The position numbers and the translations under genes were made by a program. A stretch of 64,000 nucleotides of DNA from a virus: IMG/VR virus record IMGVR_UViG_3300027704_000008, positions 1 through 64,000 of that record; one strand, given 5' to 3'. The notes beneath the pieces are model-generated. The model had not been told where the DNA came from and did not search any database. It saw nothing but the letters and a program-made list of their open reading frames with translations. Every line of letters begins with the position of its first letter. Position 1 is the stretch's first letter. Shown piece after piece: positions 28,005-36,760 of this stretch.

Positions 28005-28591
28005 CAAGGAAGAAATTGACTGCTCAGCAGCAGAAAGATAAGGTGGCTAAAATGAAGGCTACTAAGGCTGCTAATCGGGCTAAAGCGATGAAAGATATTG
28101 GTTATATTCCCCCTAAGAAGATTAGGAAGAAGCGCGCACCGATGTCGCCTGAGCAGAAGGTTCTTGCTATAGCGAGGTTGGCCAAGGCTAGGGCAGCCAG
28201 AGGAATCACTGGCGATGCTAATGTACATGAGGATGTTAAGGCTCTGCCCGACGATCATCCATTGTGCACGTCTAATGTAAAGGCATGGCTAAAGAAAAAC
28301 AAGACAGAGCTGGCCTCTATCCGAGGTTACAGAGAAAGTAAGGAATACAAGGAAAGGATCCATTGGCAGAATCTCGATACATATGTGAGTAATTTGTCAA
28401 CATATTTGCGTACCGGCGTATGGCTTGATTGTCGGTGGGGAGAGCAAGGAGAGCACTCCATGGGGATCAAAGTCCTCACCAAGGCGTATGAGGCGGATGG
28501 TACTATCAAACGAACCAAGGGGCACTGGTATGATGATATTGGTATCGCTGAACAGTCCAGTGTTCAGGGAGAAGTATATGAGGCGGAGTAG
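28001..28591 (+). CDS. Conserved basic hypothetical protein upstream of gp33
   Basis: RLAKARAA, ALPDDHPL, YLRTGVWLD motifs. Confidence 0.75.
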   Translation: MTRKKLTAQQQKDKVAKMKATKAANRAKAMKDIGYIPPKKIRKKRAPMSPEQKVLAIARLAKARAARGITGDANVHEDVKALPDDHPLCTSNVKAWLKKNKTELASIRGYRESKEYKERIHWQNLDTYVSNLSTYLRTGVWLDCRWGEQGEHSMGIKVLTKAYEADGTIKRTKGHWYDDIGIAEQSSVQGEVYEAE

Positions 28592-28594
28592 TCG

Positions 28595-28825
28595 ATGACG
28601 GACGCCAAGTTTTTAACGAAGGCTAAATTCAGCAAGCTGGTCGAGATAACCAGCTTACAGACTAAGATGTCTTACATGGATACTATTATACATCTTTGTG
28701 AAAAGAACAACATAGACTTGGAGGATGCACGCAAGTTCATCTCACCAACTCTGAAGGGTAAACTTGAAGCTGAGGCAATGACGTTAAACTTCTTGCCAAA
28801 AAGCAACACGTTGCCTGTTGACTAA
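28595..28825 (+). CDS. 33: Late promoter transcription coactivator gp33
   Basis: SYMDTIIHLCEKNNID...ISPTLKGKLEAEAMTLNFLPK. Confidence 0.9.
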   Translation: MTDAKFLTKAKFSKLVEITSLQTKMSYMDTIIHLCEKNNIDLEDARKFISPTLKGKLEAEAMTLNFLPKSNTLPVD

Positions 28826-28883
28826 ACTCTATAAAATGGGTATAATTATGAGCTACACGTGAGAGTTACATTTATTATAAATA
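28818..28883 (+). promoter_or_regulatory. Tandem sigma70 and late promoters for gene 32
   Basis: TTGACT-N17-TATAAT (28818-28846) and TATAAATA (28876-28883). Confidence 0.75.
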
Positions 28884-28941
28884 GTACGTCCGCCAATAAA
28901 GGACATACACACTACATACAAAAAATATACGGAGACAATAT

Positions 28942-29856
28942 ATGGATTTTTCTAAACTAAAGAAAAATAAAACCAACATGGATAAATTGGTATCAGCTGC
29001 TCAAGAAGCTGGTAGTGATAAAAAGAAGGGTGCGGGTCAAGATGACCGGATCTGGAAACCAACCGTCGACAAGATGGGAAATGGATATGCTATTATCCGG
29101 TTCCTCCCCTCAAGTGATAACGATGACTTACCGTGGGCCCGATATTGGGATCATGGATTCAAGGGTCCGACCGGCCAATGGCTATTTGAGAAGTCCCTTA
29201 CCACTCTAGGCCAACCGTGCCCTATATCTGAGATGAATCAGGTTCTGTGGAACAGTGGAGACGATAACGACAAGAAGATCGTGCGTGAACGTAAGCGTAG
29301 GCTACACTATGTCGCCAACATTCTGGTGTTGGAGGATCCTTCTGCACCTGATAATGAAGGTAAAGTATTCCTCTATGACTTCGGCAAGAAAATCTTTGAT
29401 AAGATTATGGATGCAATGCAACCGCAGTATCCAGACGAGAAGCCTATGAACCCGTTCGACCTTTGGGAAGGTGGCGACTTTGTAATGAAGATTAGGAAGG
29501 TGGAAGGATATCGCAACTACGATAAAAGCGAGTTTAAGAAGGCTTGTGAATTGTTAGATGGTGATGACACTAAGCTGGAAGCAACATGCTCTCAGATTAT
29601 GGAACTGTCTGAGTTCACCGATCCATCCAACTATAAAACTTATGAGCAGTTGCAGGCACGTCTTGCACTGGTTTTGGGTGAGGTGTCGCCCAGGACTGTC
29701 ACCGCCCAGGTATCTTTGGAATCGAGTTCTCCCGCTGCGCAACCAGCTGTGGCTGTTGAAGCGAGTGTGGATCTTCCCTCAGCAGATCCAACGCCAGCTG
29801 GGGATGAGGTTGATCCGGATGATCCATTGAGCTACTTTCAGAAGTATGCTCAGTAG
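28942..29856 (+). CDS. 32: Single-stranded DNA-binding protein gp32
   Basis: DDRIWKPTVDK.GNGYAIIRFLP, HGFKGPTGQW, GKKIFDKI, YRNYDKSEF, acidic tail. Confidence 0.97.
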   Translation: MDFSKLKKNKTNMDKLVSAAQEAGSDKKKGAGQDDRIWKPTVDKMGNGYAIIRFLPSSDNDDLPWARYWDHGFKGPTGQWLFEKSLTTLGQPCPISEMNQVLWNSGDDNDKKIVRERKRRLHYVANILVLEDPSAPDNEGKVFLYDFGKKIFDKIMDAMQPQYPDEKPMNPFDLWEGGDFVMKIRKVEGYRNYDKSEFKKACELLDGDDTKLEATCSQIMELSEFTDPSNYKTYEQLQARLALVLGEVSPRTVTAQVSLESSSPAAQPAVAVEASVDLPSADPTPAGDEVDPDDPLSYFQKYAQ

Positions 29857-29875
29857 GATTATATAAGAGATTTCT

Positions 29876-29897
29876 AACCCGCTTCGGCGGGTTTTTT
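29876..29897 (+). terminator. Intrinsic terminator with a C(UUCG)G tetraloop between convergent genes
   Basis: AACCCGC-TTCG-GCGGGTT followed by TTTT. Confidence 0.9.
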
Positions 29898-29898
29898 A

Positions 29899-31911
29899 TT
29901 ACCGCAACTGCCTAGCAGGCTCGGCGTTATCGCGAGGGGACATTGGAGCCGCATTATCGCCACCGCCTCCTCCACCATTAATGGTGGTACTGTTGTTAGT
30001 GGTAGCTCCACCGGTCGCTACGTTCATGGTTGCTTGCTGTTTAGCGGCATTATTTACATCCTGCTCAGTAGCCAACATGCCTGACGCTCCTACCGCTTTA
30101 GGTGTCTGTGGAGGGACCATATCCATATCCATATCTGGAGACTCGAGCACTTGCGCGGACATCCGCGGAGCAGTCTTCTTTCTTCTTTCAAACTCTAAAA
30201 CCGCCAATCTGCCCAATGGACTCAGGGGGCTTCTATCGGCTTTAGATCTAAGTTCATCCATAGACATCGCGGCAACTCTTTGTTTTCTAGCCTCCTGACG
30301 CCTCTCGAAGGCTCGCGCGTGCTCCTCGCGAGCTTTGTCCCCCACGGCCTTCACTATTGCTGCATCCTCTGGGTTGGCAAAACCTCCAGCACCCATTACG
30401 CTAGAACCATCGTCACCAAGGTCTTGCCCGAAGGATTGCTGTTGAGACTGTGTCTCAACAGCGGCTGCAGCGGCGGCTTTGCCGGATACGGGGCTGTCCG
30501 CAATTATAGGAATGCCGTCATCTGTAAAACCCACGACATCAGCAACTGGATCCACAGAGGGGATGTCTTCTCCTGCCGCCCTTTCCTTCCTCTCCTCAGA
30601 CTTGTTCTCTGTGGGCGTCGCACCTGTTTTAATCACTTCTCTCGCTGCTTTTAATAGATCAGATTCCTTCCTTAAAAATGCCGTCCCATCCACCATGCCA
30701 TCTGCCTCAGGATATTCTCGCAGCACATCTGCCATCATGTACGCTGCCTCTTTCTCAGACAACTGCCCATCGAGAACACCGTTTTCTATCTCACTTATAA
30801 TGTCGTCGGCATCGCCCTCTCTCCTGGACTTAAATGTTGCTAACATCTCATCCGCTCGTTTAGAATCAAGTGTTCCGTCAGCCACAGCAGTTTCTATTTC
30901 AGCTTCGGTGTAAGTTTTGCCTCCGGGACCCACAGTATCCATGAGCGTTCGATCGTTGGTATCTGCCGAGAGCCTGCTCTGTTGATCTGTGGCTTCCGTC
31001 TCAAACCCAGCATCACTCAAATCAAAAACGTTGTCACCTCCCACCATTCTGTTAGCTTTGTTTATTGCCTTCATGGCACCCGTCATGAATCCTGCGAAGA
31101 ATTCCTTTATTTTAAATACCACTTCCAACACCCACCCTTCCAAATCCTTCATCATGACCTTGATGGCATCCTGAAAACTAAAGGAATCGAGTTCCTTTTC
31201 TAGATCGGTAAAACCAAACGCTCCAGCAAGCCACGATACTATACTTTTGATTATATCCAAGGGTATCCCAATAAGAAATTCCACCGCTTTCCCTAGCCCC
31301 CGCATGATAGCAGTGGTTACCCTGGTAGTCATGTCCTTACCTTCCGTTTCATTCCAACCTTCAAGTGCTCCTAGGATAAAGCCAATGGCGGCCAACACTG
31401 GAATCCATAATCTACTGACAATAGTAAGGCCTCGTACCAGAGCTCCTTTCAACGCCAGTATTGGTGCCGTGAAGGCCAAAGCAAATGCGGAAATAGTCGC
31501 CATTAGCGTTCGCCACAGCGCGGAGATACCGAGCAGCCCCAAGAGACCTTCCTTCTCCTTCTTTTTGTCCTTCTTGTTGGGTTTGGCTTTAAGTTTACCT
31601 TTATCTTCTTTTTCCTTTTCAGCATCTTCCTGAGCTTGAAACTTCCTCTGCTTGTCTTCCTCCTTTTTGTCATTAATCAAAAACGAAGTCAACTTAAATA
31701 TTGACTCGTCAATGGACATCAGGATATCAACCACAGAGTTTTGCATGGATACTTGTCTGTCGGTATTGGCACCTAGTCCTTCCAAATTACCACTGAACAA
31801 GGTTAACCGCTCGGCCATATCTGCGATCGAGATCGCTGACTCAGCAATACCGTCCGCTATACGGCTATATTGAGTGGAATCTAGTTCGACAGTTAGATCT
31901 TGTAGTGACAT
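29899..31911 (-). CDS. 29: Tape measure / baseplate hub protein (gp29-like)
   Basis: 670 aa, helical with hydrophobic stretches and an N/T-rich C-terminus; immediately downstream of gp26/gp51. Confidence 0.7.
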   Translation of the reverse strand: MSLQDLTVELDSTQYSRIADGIAESAISIADMAERLTLFSGNLEGLGANTDRQVSMQNSVVDILMSIDESIFKLTSFLINDKKEEDKQRKFQAQEDAEKEKEDKGKLKAKPNKKDKKKEKEGLLGLLGISALWRTLMATISAFALAFTAPILALKGALVRGLTIVSRLWIPVLAAIGFILGALEGWNETEGKDMTTRVTTAIMRGLGKAVEFLIGIPLDIIKSIVSWLAGAFGFTDLEKELDSFSFQDAIKVMMKDLEGWVLEVVFKIKEFFAGFMTGAMKAINKANRMVGGDNVFDLSDAGFETEATDQQSRLSADTNDRTLMDTVGPGGKTYTEAEIETAVADGTLDSKRADEMLATFKSRREGDADDIISEIENGVLDGQLSEKEAAYMMADVLREYPEADGMVDGTAFLRKESDLLKAAREVIKTGATPTENKSEERKERAAGEDIPSVDPVADVVGFTDDGIPIIADSPVSGKAAAAAAVETQSQQQSFGQDLGDDGSSVMGAGGFANPEDAAIVKAVGDKAREEHARAFERRQEARKQRVAAMSMDELRSKADRSPLSPLGRLAVLEFERRKKTAPRMSAQVLESPDMDMDMVPPQTPKAVGASGMLATEQDVNNAAKQQATMNVATGGATTNNSTTINGGGGGGDNAAPMSPRDNAEPARQLR

Positions 31912-31917
31912 GATACT

Positions 31918-32103
31918 TTATCCGCTATTATTTTTATTACGTTCGTTTTCTTCTTTTATATGTTGCACTAATAAGGCTATATACACCTCCCTTTCCCACG
32001 GTATCATATTGTTTAGTTCTGTCAAACTATACTTATGATGTTGCATCAGCAAAAAGTTTGTCTTATAATGGTTGACTAAACTTTCGTGAGAAAGGCATAT
32101 TAG
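31918..32103 (-). CDS. 51: Short gp51-like frame (not in the ORF track), probably reached by -1 frameshift from gp26
   Basis: LICLSHESLVNHYKTNFLLMQHHKYSLTELNNMIPWEREVYIALL...; first ATG only at 32046 with no clear RBS. Confidence 0.85.
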   Translation of the reverse strand, partial: LICLSHESLVNHYKTNFLLMQHHKYSLTELNNMIPWEREVYIALLVQHIKEENERNKNNSG

Positions 32104-32846
32104 AAAAAATCAGTTAGGCCTTCTAAAACAATCGTTTGATCTTCACCACATTCAACACACTTATATTCTATGGGGTGGCTTAGTTTGGGTACATCTTGAA
32201 TAAAATCAATTATCATCTTTAGCTGAGTGGACTTTAAGTTGTTGAGCCATTCTTCTATATCTTCTTTTGACTCTTCATCAAAGGTGTATATGCTATCCTC
32301 ACTCTGGACAGATACTAAACACCTAGAAATCAGATCAAACATATCTTGTACCGCAATTGTAGCAGCGCCATCTGGTCTTGCTGCTTGTTTCTTGGTTATA
32401 CTGACACCATCTGAATACGATGGCCACCTCATATTTAAAGTATGATCGGGGGTAAGTTGTATTACGGTCGCTGCTGGGTCCACATCAATCGTGATAGACG
32501 ATATATCCACATCCACTTCAGTGAGACCTTTGCACCTCTCACCTTCAATCGCGTTTTGACACTTCAACCTTATAGAGGCAGTTTGTCCGACGCTACTTGC
32601 TCTTACCTGGGAAAATATATACTCAAAGTCAAACAAGGCTAGTTTGTCCACCACAAGAGTCTCTTGACAACACGCTTCCAAGGTACCTTTAATAGCGTCT
32701 AGCATAGACCCCTCATCGCCAGCCTCAATTGCCAATAACAATACTTTCTCTTCAGACACTAAGTATGGTCTAAAATGCAACACCTTGCCAGTAGAGGGTA
32801 CGGTTACTGCGTTATATGCTGTTTCATTAATTTTAGGTAAAGCCAT
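32100..32846 (-). CDS. 26: Baseplate hub assembly protein (gp26-like)
   Basis: MALPKI, FRPYLVSEEKVLL, FDFEYIF..VRA.SVG, CxxC, LEGLTDFF. Confidence 0.88.
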   Translation of the reverse strand: MALPKINETAYNAVTVPSTGKVLHFRPYLVSEEKVLLLAIEAGDEGSMLDAIKGTLEACCQETLVVDKLALFDFEYIFSQVRASSVGQTASIRLKCQNAIEGERCKGLTEVDVDISSITIDVDPAATVIQLTPDHTLNMRWPSYSDGVSITKKQAARPDGAATIAVQDMFDLISRCLVSVQSEDSIYTFDEESKEDIEEWLNNLKSTQLKMIIDFIQDVPKLSHPIEYKCVECGEDQTIVLEGLTDFF

Positions 32847-32873
32847 TCATAATCTCCTTATGATATAATAATT

Positions 32874-33704
32874 TTAAAACACATTGAAGTCATCAAGAAA
32901 GTCATCCACAACATCTGTAACGTTGTCCACCACATCTGTTATCGATGTCATTATCCCAGCCCAAAAAGATTCGATACCGGTTCCCTTATCTCCACCCTGA
33001 CTAACTTCTTCTCGGTCATTCCAGTTGGTGAACGACAGTTGAACACTCAATTCTACCATACCATCTAGTTCATTATTCAACTCAACTGATGCTATGGATG
33101 TGGGAAACGCTCCAACCAGGTTGACTGAGTACACAACGTCGTCGCCAGTAACAAAAGCCAGGTCAAGCTCTCCTGTTTTCAGAATATTACCTAAAGGACC
33201 AGGAAGGGTGGGTAGTCTGTTTACAATATTTGATGGAATCTTATCAAGTGTATCCCCAAAAAGATCTACTTTGTATATAGGAAGGCTGAATCCTTTTTGT
33301 AGTTGGCTGATCTGTACGGGGAGGGCATAATCACTGTGGTATCCAACTTCTCCGTTTGCGTAATCAACAGCTAGTCGTTGCCATGCATCGAAGTACTTGC
33401 GTATCTTATAGTTGTTCATTACAATGAATGTTAAAGTGATATCATCTACTTGGTATCCATATGCAACCTTTTGCGTTTGCATTCCAACTCGTCTCTCAAC
33501 CGTATTCAGCTGTCTGCCCGGTAACTGAGTAGCCTTACATAGAACATTAAGCTCTTCTGGAGCAAGGATGGGTACCCTAGCGAAGGCATCTTCCGTACTA
33601 TTAGACTTATATATTGTGGGCAGCTGGATGGCGTACAGATTCGACCGTGCCATTCCGTCGCTCTGAGTTATTAAAGATTTGAGCTGATCGACACTATAGT
33701 TCAT
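32874..33704 (-). CDS. 54: Baseplate-tail tube initiator (gp54-like)
   Basis: GMARSNLY, LCKATQLPG, FDAWQ, AFPTSI..VEL tail-tube-like motifs; synteny. Confidence 0.8.
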   Translation of the reverse strand: MNYSVDQLKSLITQSDGMARSNLYAIQLPTIYKSNSTEDAFARVPILAPEELNVLCKATQLPGRQLNTVERRVGMQTQKVAYGYQVDDITLTFIVMNNYKIRKYFDAWQRLAVDYANGEVGYHSDYALPVQISQLQKGFSLPIYKVDLFGDTLDKIPSNIVNRLPTLPGPLGNILKTGELDLAFVTGDDVVYSVNLVGAFPTSIASVELNNELDGMVELSVQLSFTNWNDREEVSQGGDKGTGIESFWAGIMTSITDVVDNVTDVVDDFLDDFNVF

Positions 33705-34300
33705 TAGATCTGTTTCCTAGAGTTTTTATATACCGTATTAGCATTGGCTCCAGACCATGATGCTGTGGGGAGGAATACGGCTACTTCATAGTCGGAGGCT
33801 GATACACGCCCGAAGTGACTAGCCACATGATTATTGAGGTAGTGTTTAAAGCATGGTTTATAAAATTTCATTGAGCCTGCTCTTTGTAAGATCTCATATG
33901 AAATTTTGAATTTAGTTGTATCGTCAAATTTATTATTATTTGTTACTTCCATTAGAGCGTCCAATAGTTTTGCTCTGAGAACTGGCGGTAGATAATGCAA
34001 ATTCAGACCATAAAAGCCCCCTGGCGCTGGGCCAACTATAACAGCAAGAGGAAATTTGTCATAGAACGGCAGGTTCTTTTTTGTCTTAGGATCGTAAAAA
34101 AACATCTGCATGGTACCCACAGCAGTCTTTGAGTTTTTTGTTAACCTTTCGTCTTTCAGTATTTTGCTTCCGCTTATGGTACCTAACTTACCTATTTGCT
34201 TGCGAAACCAAGCCTGTGACTCTTTAGTGCGCGGGGTTATTCCGGCCTTGAGAGCTTTAGCTTCAAGATTCTGAAAAATATTTGATGTCTTCTTCACCAT
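33704..34300 (-). CDS. 2: DNA end protector protein gp2
   Basis: FFYDPKTKKNLPFYDKFPL, GLNLHYLPP..RA, PCFKHYL. Confidence 0.93.
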   Translation of the reverse strand: MVKKTSNIFQNLEAKALKAGITPRTKESQAWFRKQIGKLGTISGSKILKDERLTKNSKTAVGTMQMFFYDPKTKKNLPFYDKFPLAVIVGPAPGGFYGLNLHYLPPVLRAKLLDALMEVTNNNKFDDTTKFKISYEILQRAGSMKFYKPCFKHYLNNHVASHFGRVSASDYEVAVFLPTASWSGANANTVYKNSRKQI

Positions 34301-34320
34301 GTTTACCTTGATGCTGTTGT

Positions 34321-34461
34321 CTATTTACTTTTGAAGGTATATTTAAAGAAATCAATATCTTCCTCATACCGTTGAGCAATTATTTTCCTGGAAGTTTCAC
34401 CATAGTATGCCGAATAATGATCACGGTTCTTTGCTGCGTTTATGTGTCGTAGATTCTTTCT
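34321..34461 (-). pseudogene. Start-less C-terminal relic of a sulfotransferase (Sulfotransfer_2-like)
   Basis: RKNLRHINAAKNRDHYSAYYGETSRKIIAQRYEEDIDFFKYTFKSK*; an in-frame TAA lies immediately upstream and there is no start codon. Confidence 0.65.
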
Positions 34462-34462
34462 T

Positions 34463-34470
34463 TATTTATA
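34463..34470 (-). promoter_or_regulatory. T4-type late promoter for the gp2-gp54-gp26-tape measure block
   Basis: TATAAATA on the minus strand immediately after the gp4 stop. Confidence 0.7.
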
Positions 34471-34986
34471 CTATTTCTTAACAGCTTTACTCTTCTTGAA
34501 TGGTTTATATGGTTTCAGTTTCTTTAACTTGCCGGGAACCTTCTGTGTGCTCTTTGGGAGGATATTCATCTCGTTAAGGTGGTGCTCTGTCCATATTTCA
34601 AACTTCCATCCTCTATCCTTAGCGTATTCAGACGCCGCCAGCCACTTGTTACGGTTCTTCACATAAGTGAGTGACTCCGATATATACCGCTTGGTACGCT
34701 TGTTGCCTTTGGGAGGAAGTGTCTGATGTGCCGGCTTGACTTCTACAAGCATGGTGACACCAGACTTAAAGTTAATCTTGAGATCCATAAAATATCTGTG
34801 GTAGCGCCCGTCGACCTCATATATGTAAGGTATCACAACTTCCTCACTAGACCACGTCTGTATGGCACTATTCGCGTCACACCACCTGAAGCAATGTAGT
34901 TCCCACCCAGAACGATACACAACCTTGCTGGCGTCACCCTGATACTTGTCTTTATTCGGCTTATATGTTCCGGAGTATGTCTTCAA
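34471..34986 (-). CDS. 4: Head completion nuclease gp4
   Basis: KYQGD...YRSGWE, WSSEE..IPY, HRYFMD, VEVKP, N.NKW.AA. Confidence 0.93.
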   Translation of the reverse strand: MKTYSGTYKPNKDKYQGDASKVVYRSGWELHCFRWCDANSAIQTWSSEEVVIPYIYEVDGRYHRYFMDLKINFKSGVTMLVEVKPAHQTLPPKGNKRTKRYISESLTYVKNRNKWLAASEYAKDRGWKFEIWTEHHLNEMNILPKSTQKVPGKLKKLKPYKPFKKSKAVKK

Positions 34987-34991
34987 TTGGT

Positions 34992-34999
34992 TATAAATA
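34992..34999 (+). promoter_or_regulatory. T4-type late promoter for the baseplate operon
   Basis: TATAAATA upstream of gp48. Confidence 0.75.
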
Positions 35000-35033
35000 C
35001 CTTCAATGAATTGTATACCTATTTAGAGGATTT

Positions 35034-35936
35034 ATGACAGAAAACATTTTAAGATATCCTATCACCGACGATCATAACTATAAAGGTGTAGTATTTTTCC
35101 AAACGGTTAGAGATACCACAGAGGCTCTCCAATATCAGAATCTTGGAGGCAATGGCTCGGAAGAACAAGATTTCAATTCAGCGAATACTACCGTTACCGA
35201 TGGTTCGCCAGTATCGTATGGCGATGCGTGCATATTATATCTACCATCTGCTATTCAAATATCCGATGCTGCGGTATACGATAATGTATCGCTTGGAGCG
35301 TTGGGAGCGATAACTGAGGCTACACTCAACGCTGGTGTAGGCAATATTGCTGGTGCCATCGCCACCGCCGGTAAGGATGAGATAAAGTCATTTGCTGACG
35401 GGCTGGTTAATAGTTTAGGAACCACCCAGGCAAAACTAGCTGGAGTTCGAATGGCATCCAAGCTTGGAGATCAGATTTCGGGGGCCGTTAAATCTTCTAC
35501 TCGAATAACAACTAATCCTAACGTTAGAGCTATATTTAATCAAGTTCCTTTGCGGGAGTTTTCCTTCACATTCAAGCTCATTGCCAATAGTCCCAAAGAG
35601 GCTCTTGAAATTAAAAAGATAATCAAATATTTCCGCACAGAATTATATCCATCTGATATTCTGGCAGGAAGCGCAAGGTTGTCTTTGGGGTACCACTTCC
35701 CAGACCAGTTTAGAATTGAATTTCACCACCCGGCCGAGGAATTGACACCAAACAAATGGTCTCCTAGTCAAGTTGCCACCAAGTTAAAGGACTGCTACTT
35801 AACCGGATTCAACGCTGTGTATAATGCGACCGGTATGGGACTACACAAAGACGGCAACTTTACCGAGATCGACGTTACATTGTCCTTCAGAGAAGCCTCC
35901 ACATTATCCAAGAAAGATATCGCGGCAGGGTACTAA
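35034..35936 (+). CDS. 48: Baseplate tail-tube cap (gp48-like)
   Basis: LYLP, NPNVRAIF..V.LREFSFTFKL, FPDQFRI, CYLT, LSFRE. Confidence 0.85.
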   Translation: MTENILRYPITDDHNYKGVVFFQTVRDTTEALQYQNLGGNGSEEQDFNSANTTVTDGSPVSYGDACILYLPSAIQISDAAVYDNVSLGALGAITEATLNAGVGNIAGAIATAGKDEIKSFADGLVNSLGTTQAKLAGVRMASKLGDQISGAVKSSTRITTNPNVRAIFNQVPLREFSFTFKLIANSPKEALEIKKIIKYFRTELYPSDILAGSARLSLGYHFPDQFRIEFHHPAEELTPNKWSPSQVATKLKDCYLTGFNAVYNATGMGLHKDGNFTEIDVTLSFREASTLSKKDIAAGY

Positions 35937-35938
35937 CC

Positions 35939-36760
35939 ATGAGTAAATATTTCGAAAACTTTCCACTTGTAAAATATAATTTTGGTGACGAAATTAATTC
36001 GTCAGTGTTCCAAAATATTAGCTCGTATGTTGACGTGTTAGACACAACGCGAACAGCTGAGGCGTTCTATCAGAAGCAATATATCCAGGACTATGATCGA
36101 CCCGACACTATGTCGTATAAGCTGTATGGTACTGTAGATTATTATTGGACATTCTATTACATGAATGACCATCTCCGTAGATCCGGCTGGCCCGTCTCGT
36201 ATAATGATTTGATACCATTAGCTAAGGAGGCGTGGCCCCATCAAACTCTAACGACTTCTGATGACATATCGATTATATTTCCTATAGGTACTACCATCCA
36301 AGGCACCAAATCGAAGGCGCTAGGAACAATTGTAGCTAGAAACCTAGATCTCGGCCAGATGATCGTTGAACGGGTAGAAGGGTCACCCTTGTTTATTGGT
36401 GACCGGAATCCGCTAAAATCTGAAACTATCAGATACGCCATTATTCCTGCTACACCGCCCACCTGGAGCGAGATTCAAGTTCTTTACCCCACAAATGGAC
36501 AGGAGGAACTAGCCGCACAAATTACCTCTGCCCCATTACAGTATGAATCGATCCATCATTACGAGGATGTGGATGGAATGTGGATGGACATCGACCCCCA
36601 TAGCGGAGCCATTCCATCATCATTAAGATCAAAGACACATATCAATGTTATGCAAGATAAGAACGATTCTTTAAAAGCTATAAATGTACTATCTAAGGAA
36701 TCAGTAGGTCAGGTAGTTGGGCAGTGGAAGAAATTTATGCAGAATAGAGCACCAACATAG
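35939..36760 (+). CDS. 53: Baseplate wedge protein gp53
   Basis: YFENFPLVKY, DRPDTMSYKLYG..DYYW..Y.MN...WP, IHHYE. Confidence 0.9.
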   Translation: MSKYFENFPLVKYNFGDEINSSVFQNISSYVDVLDTTRTAEAFYQKQYIQDYDRPDTMSYKLYGTVDYYWTFYYMNDHLRRSGWPVSYNDLIPLAKEAWPHQTLTTSDDISIIFPIGTTIQGTKSKALGTIVARNLDLGQMIVERVEGSPLFIGDRNPLKSETIRYAIIPATPPTWSEIQVLYPTNGQEELAAQITSAPLQYESIHHYEDVDGMWMDIDPHSGAIPSSLRSKTHINVMQDKNDSLKAINVLSKESVGQVVGQWKKFMQNRAPT

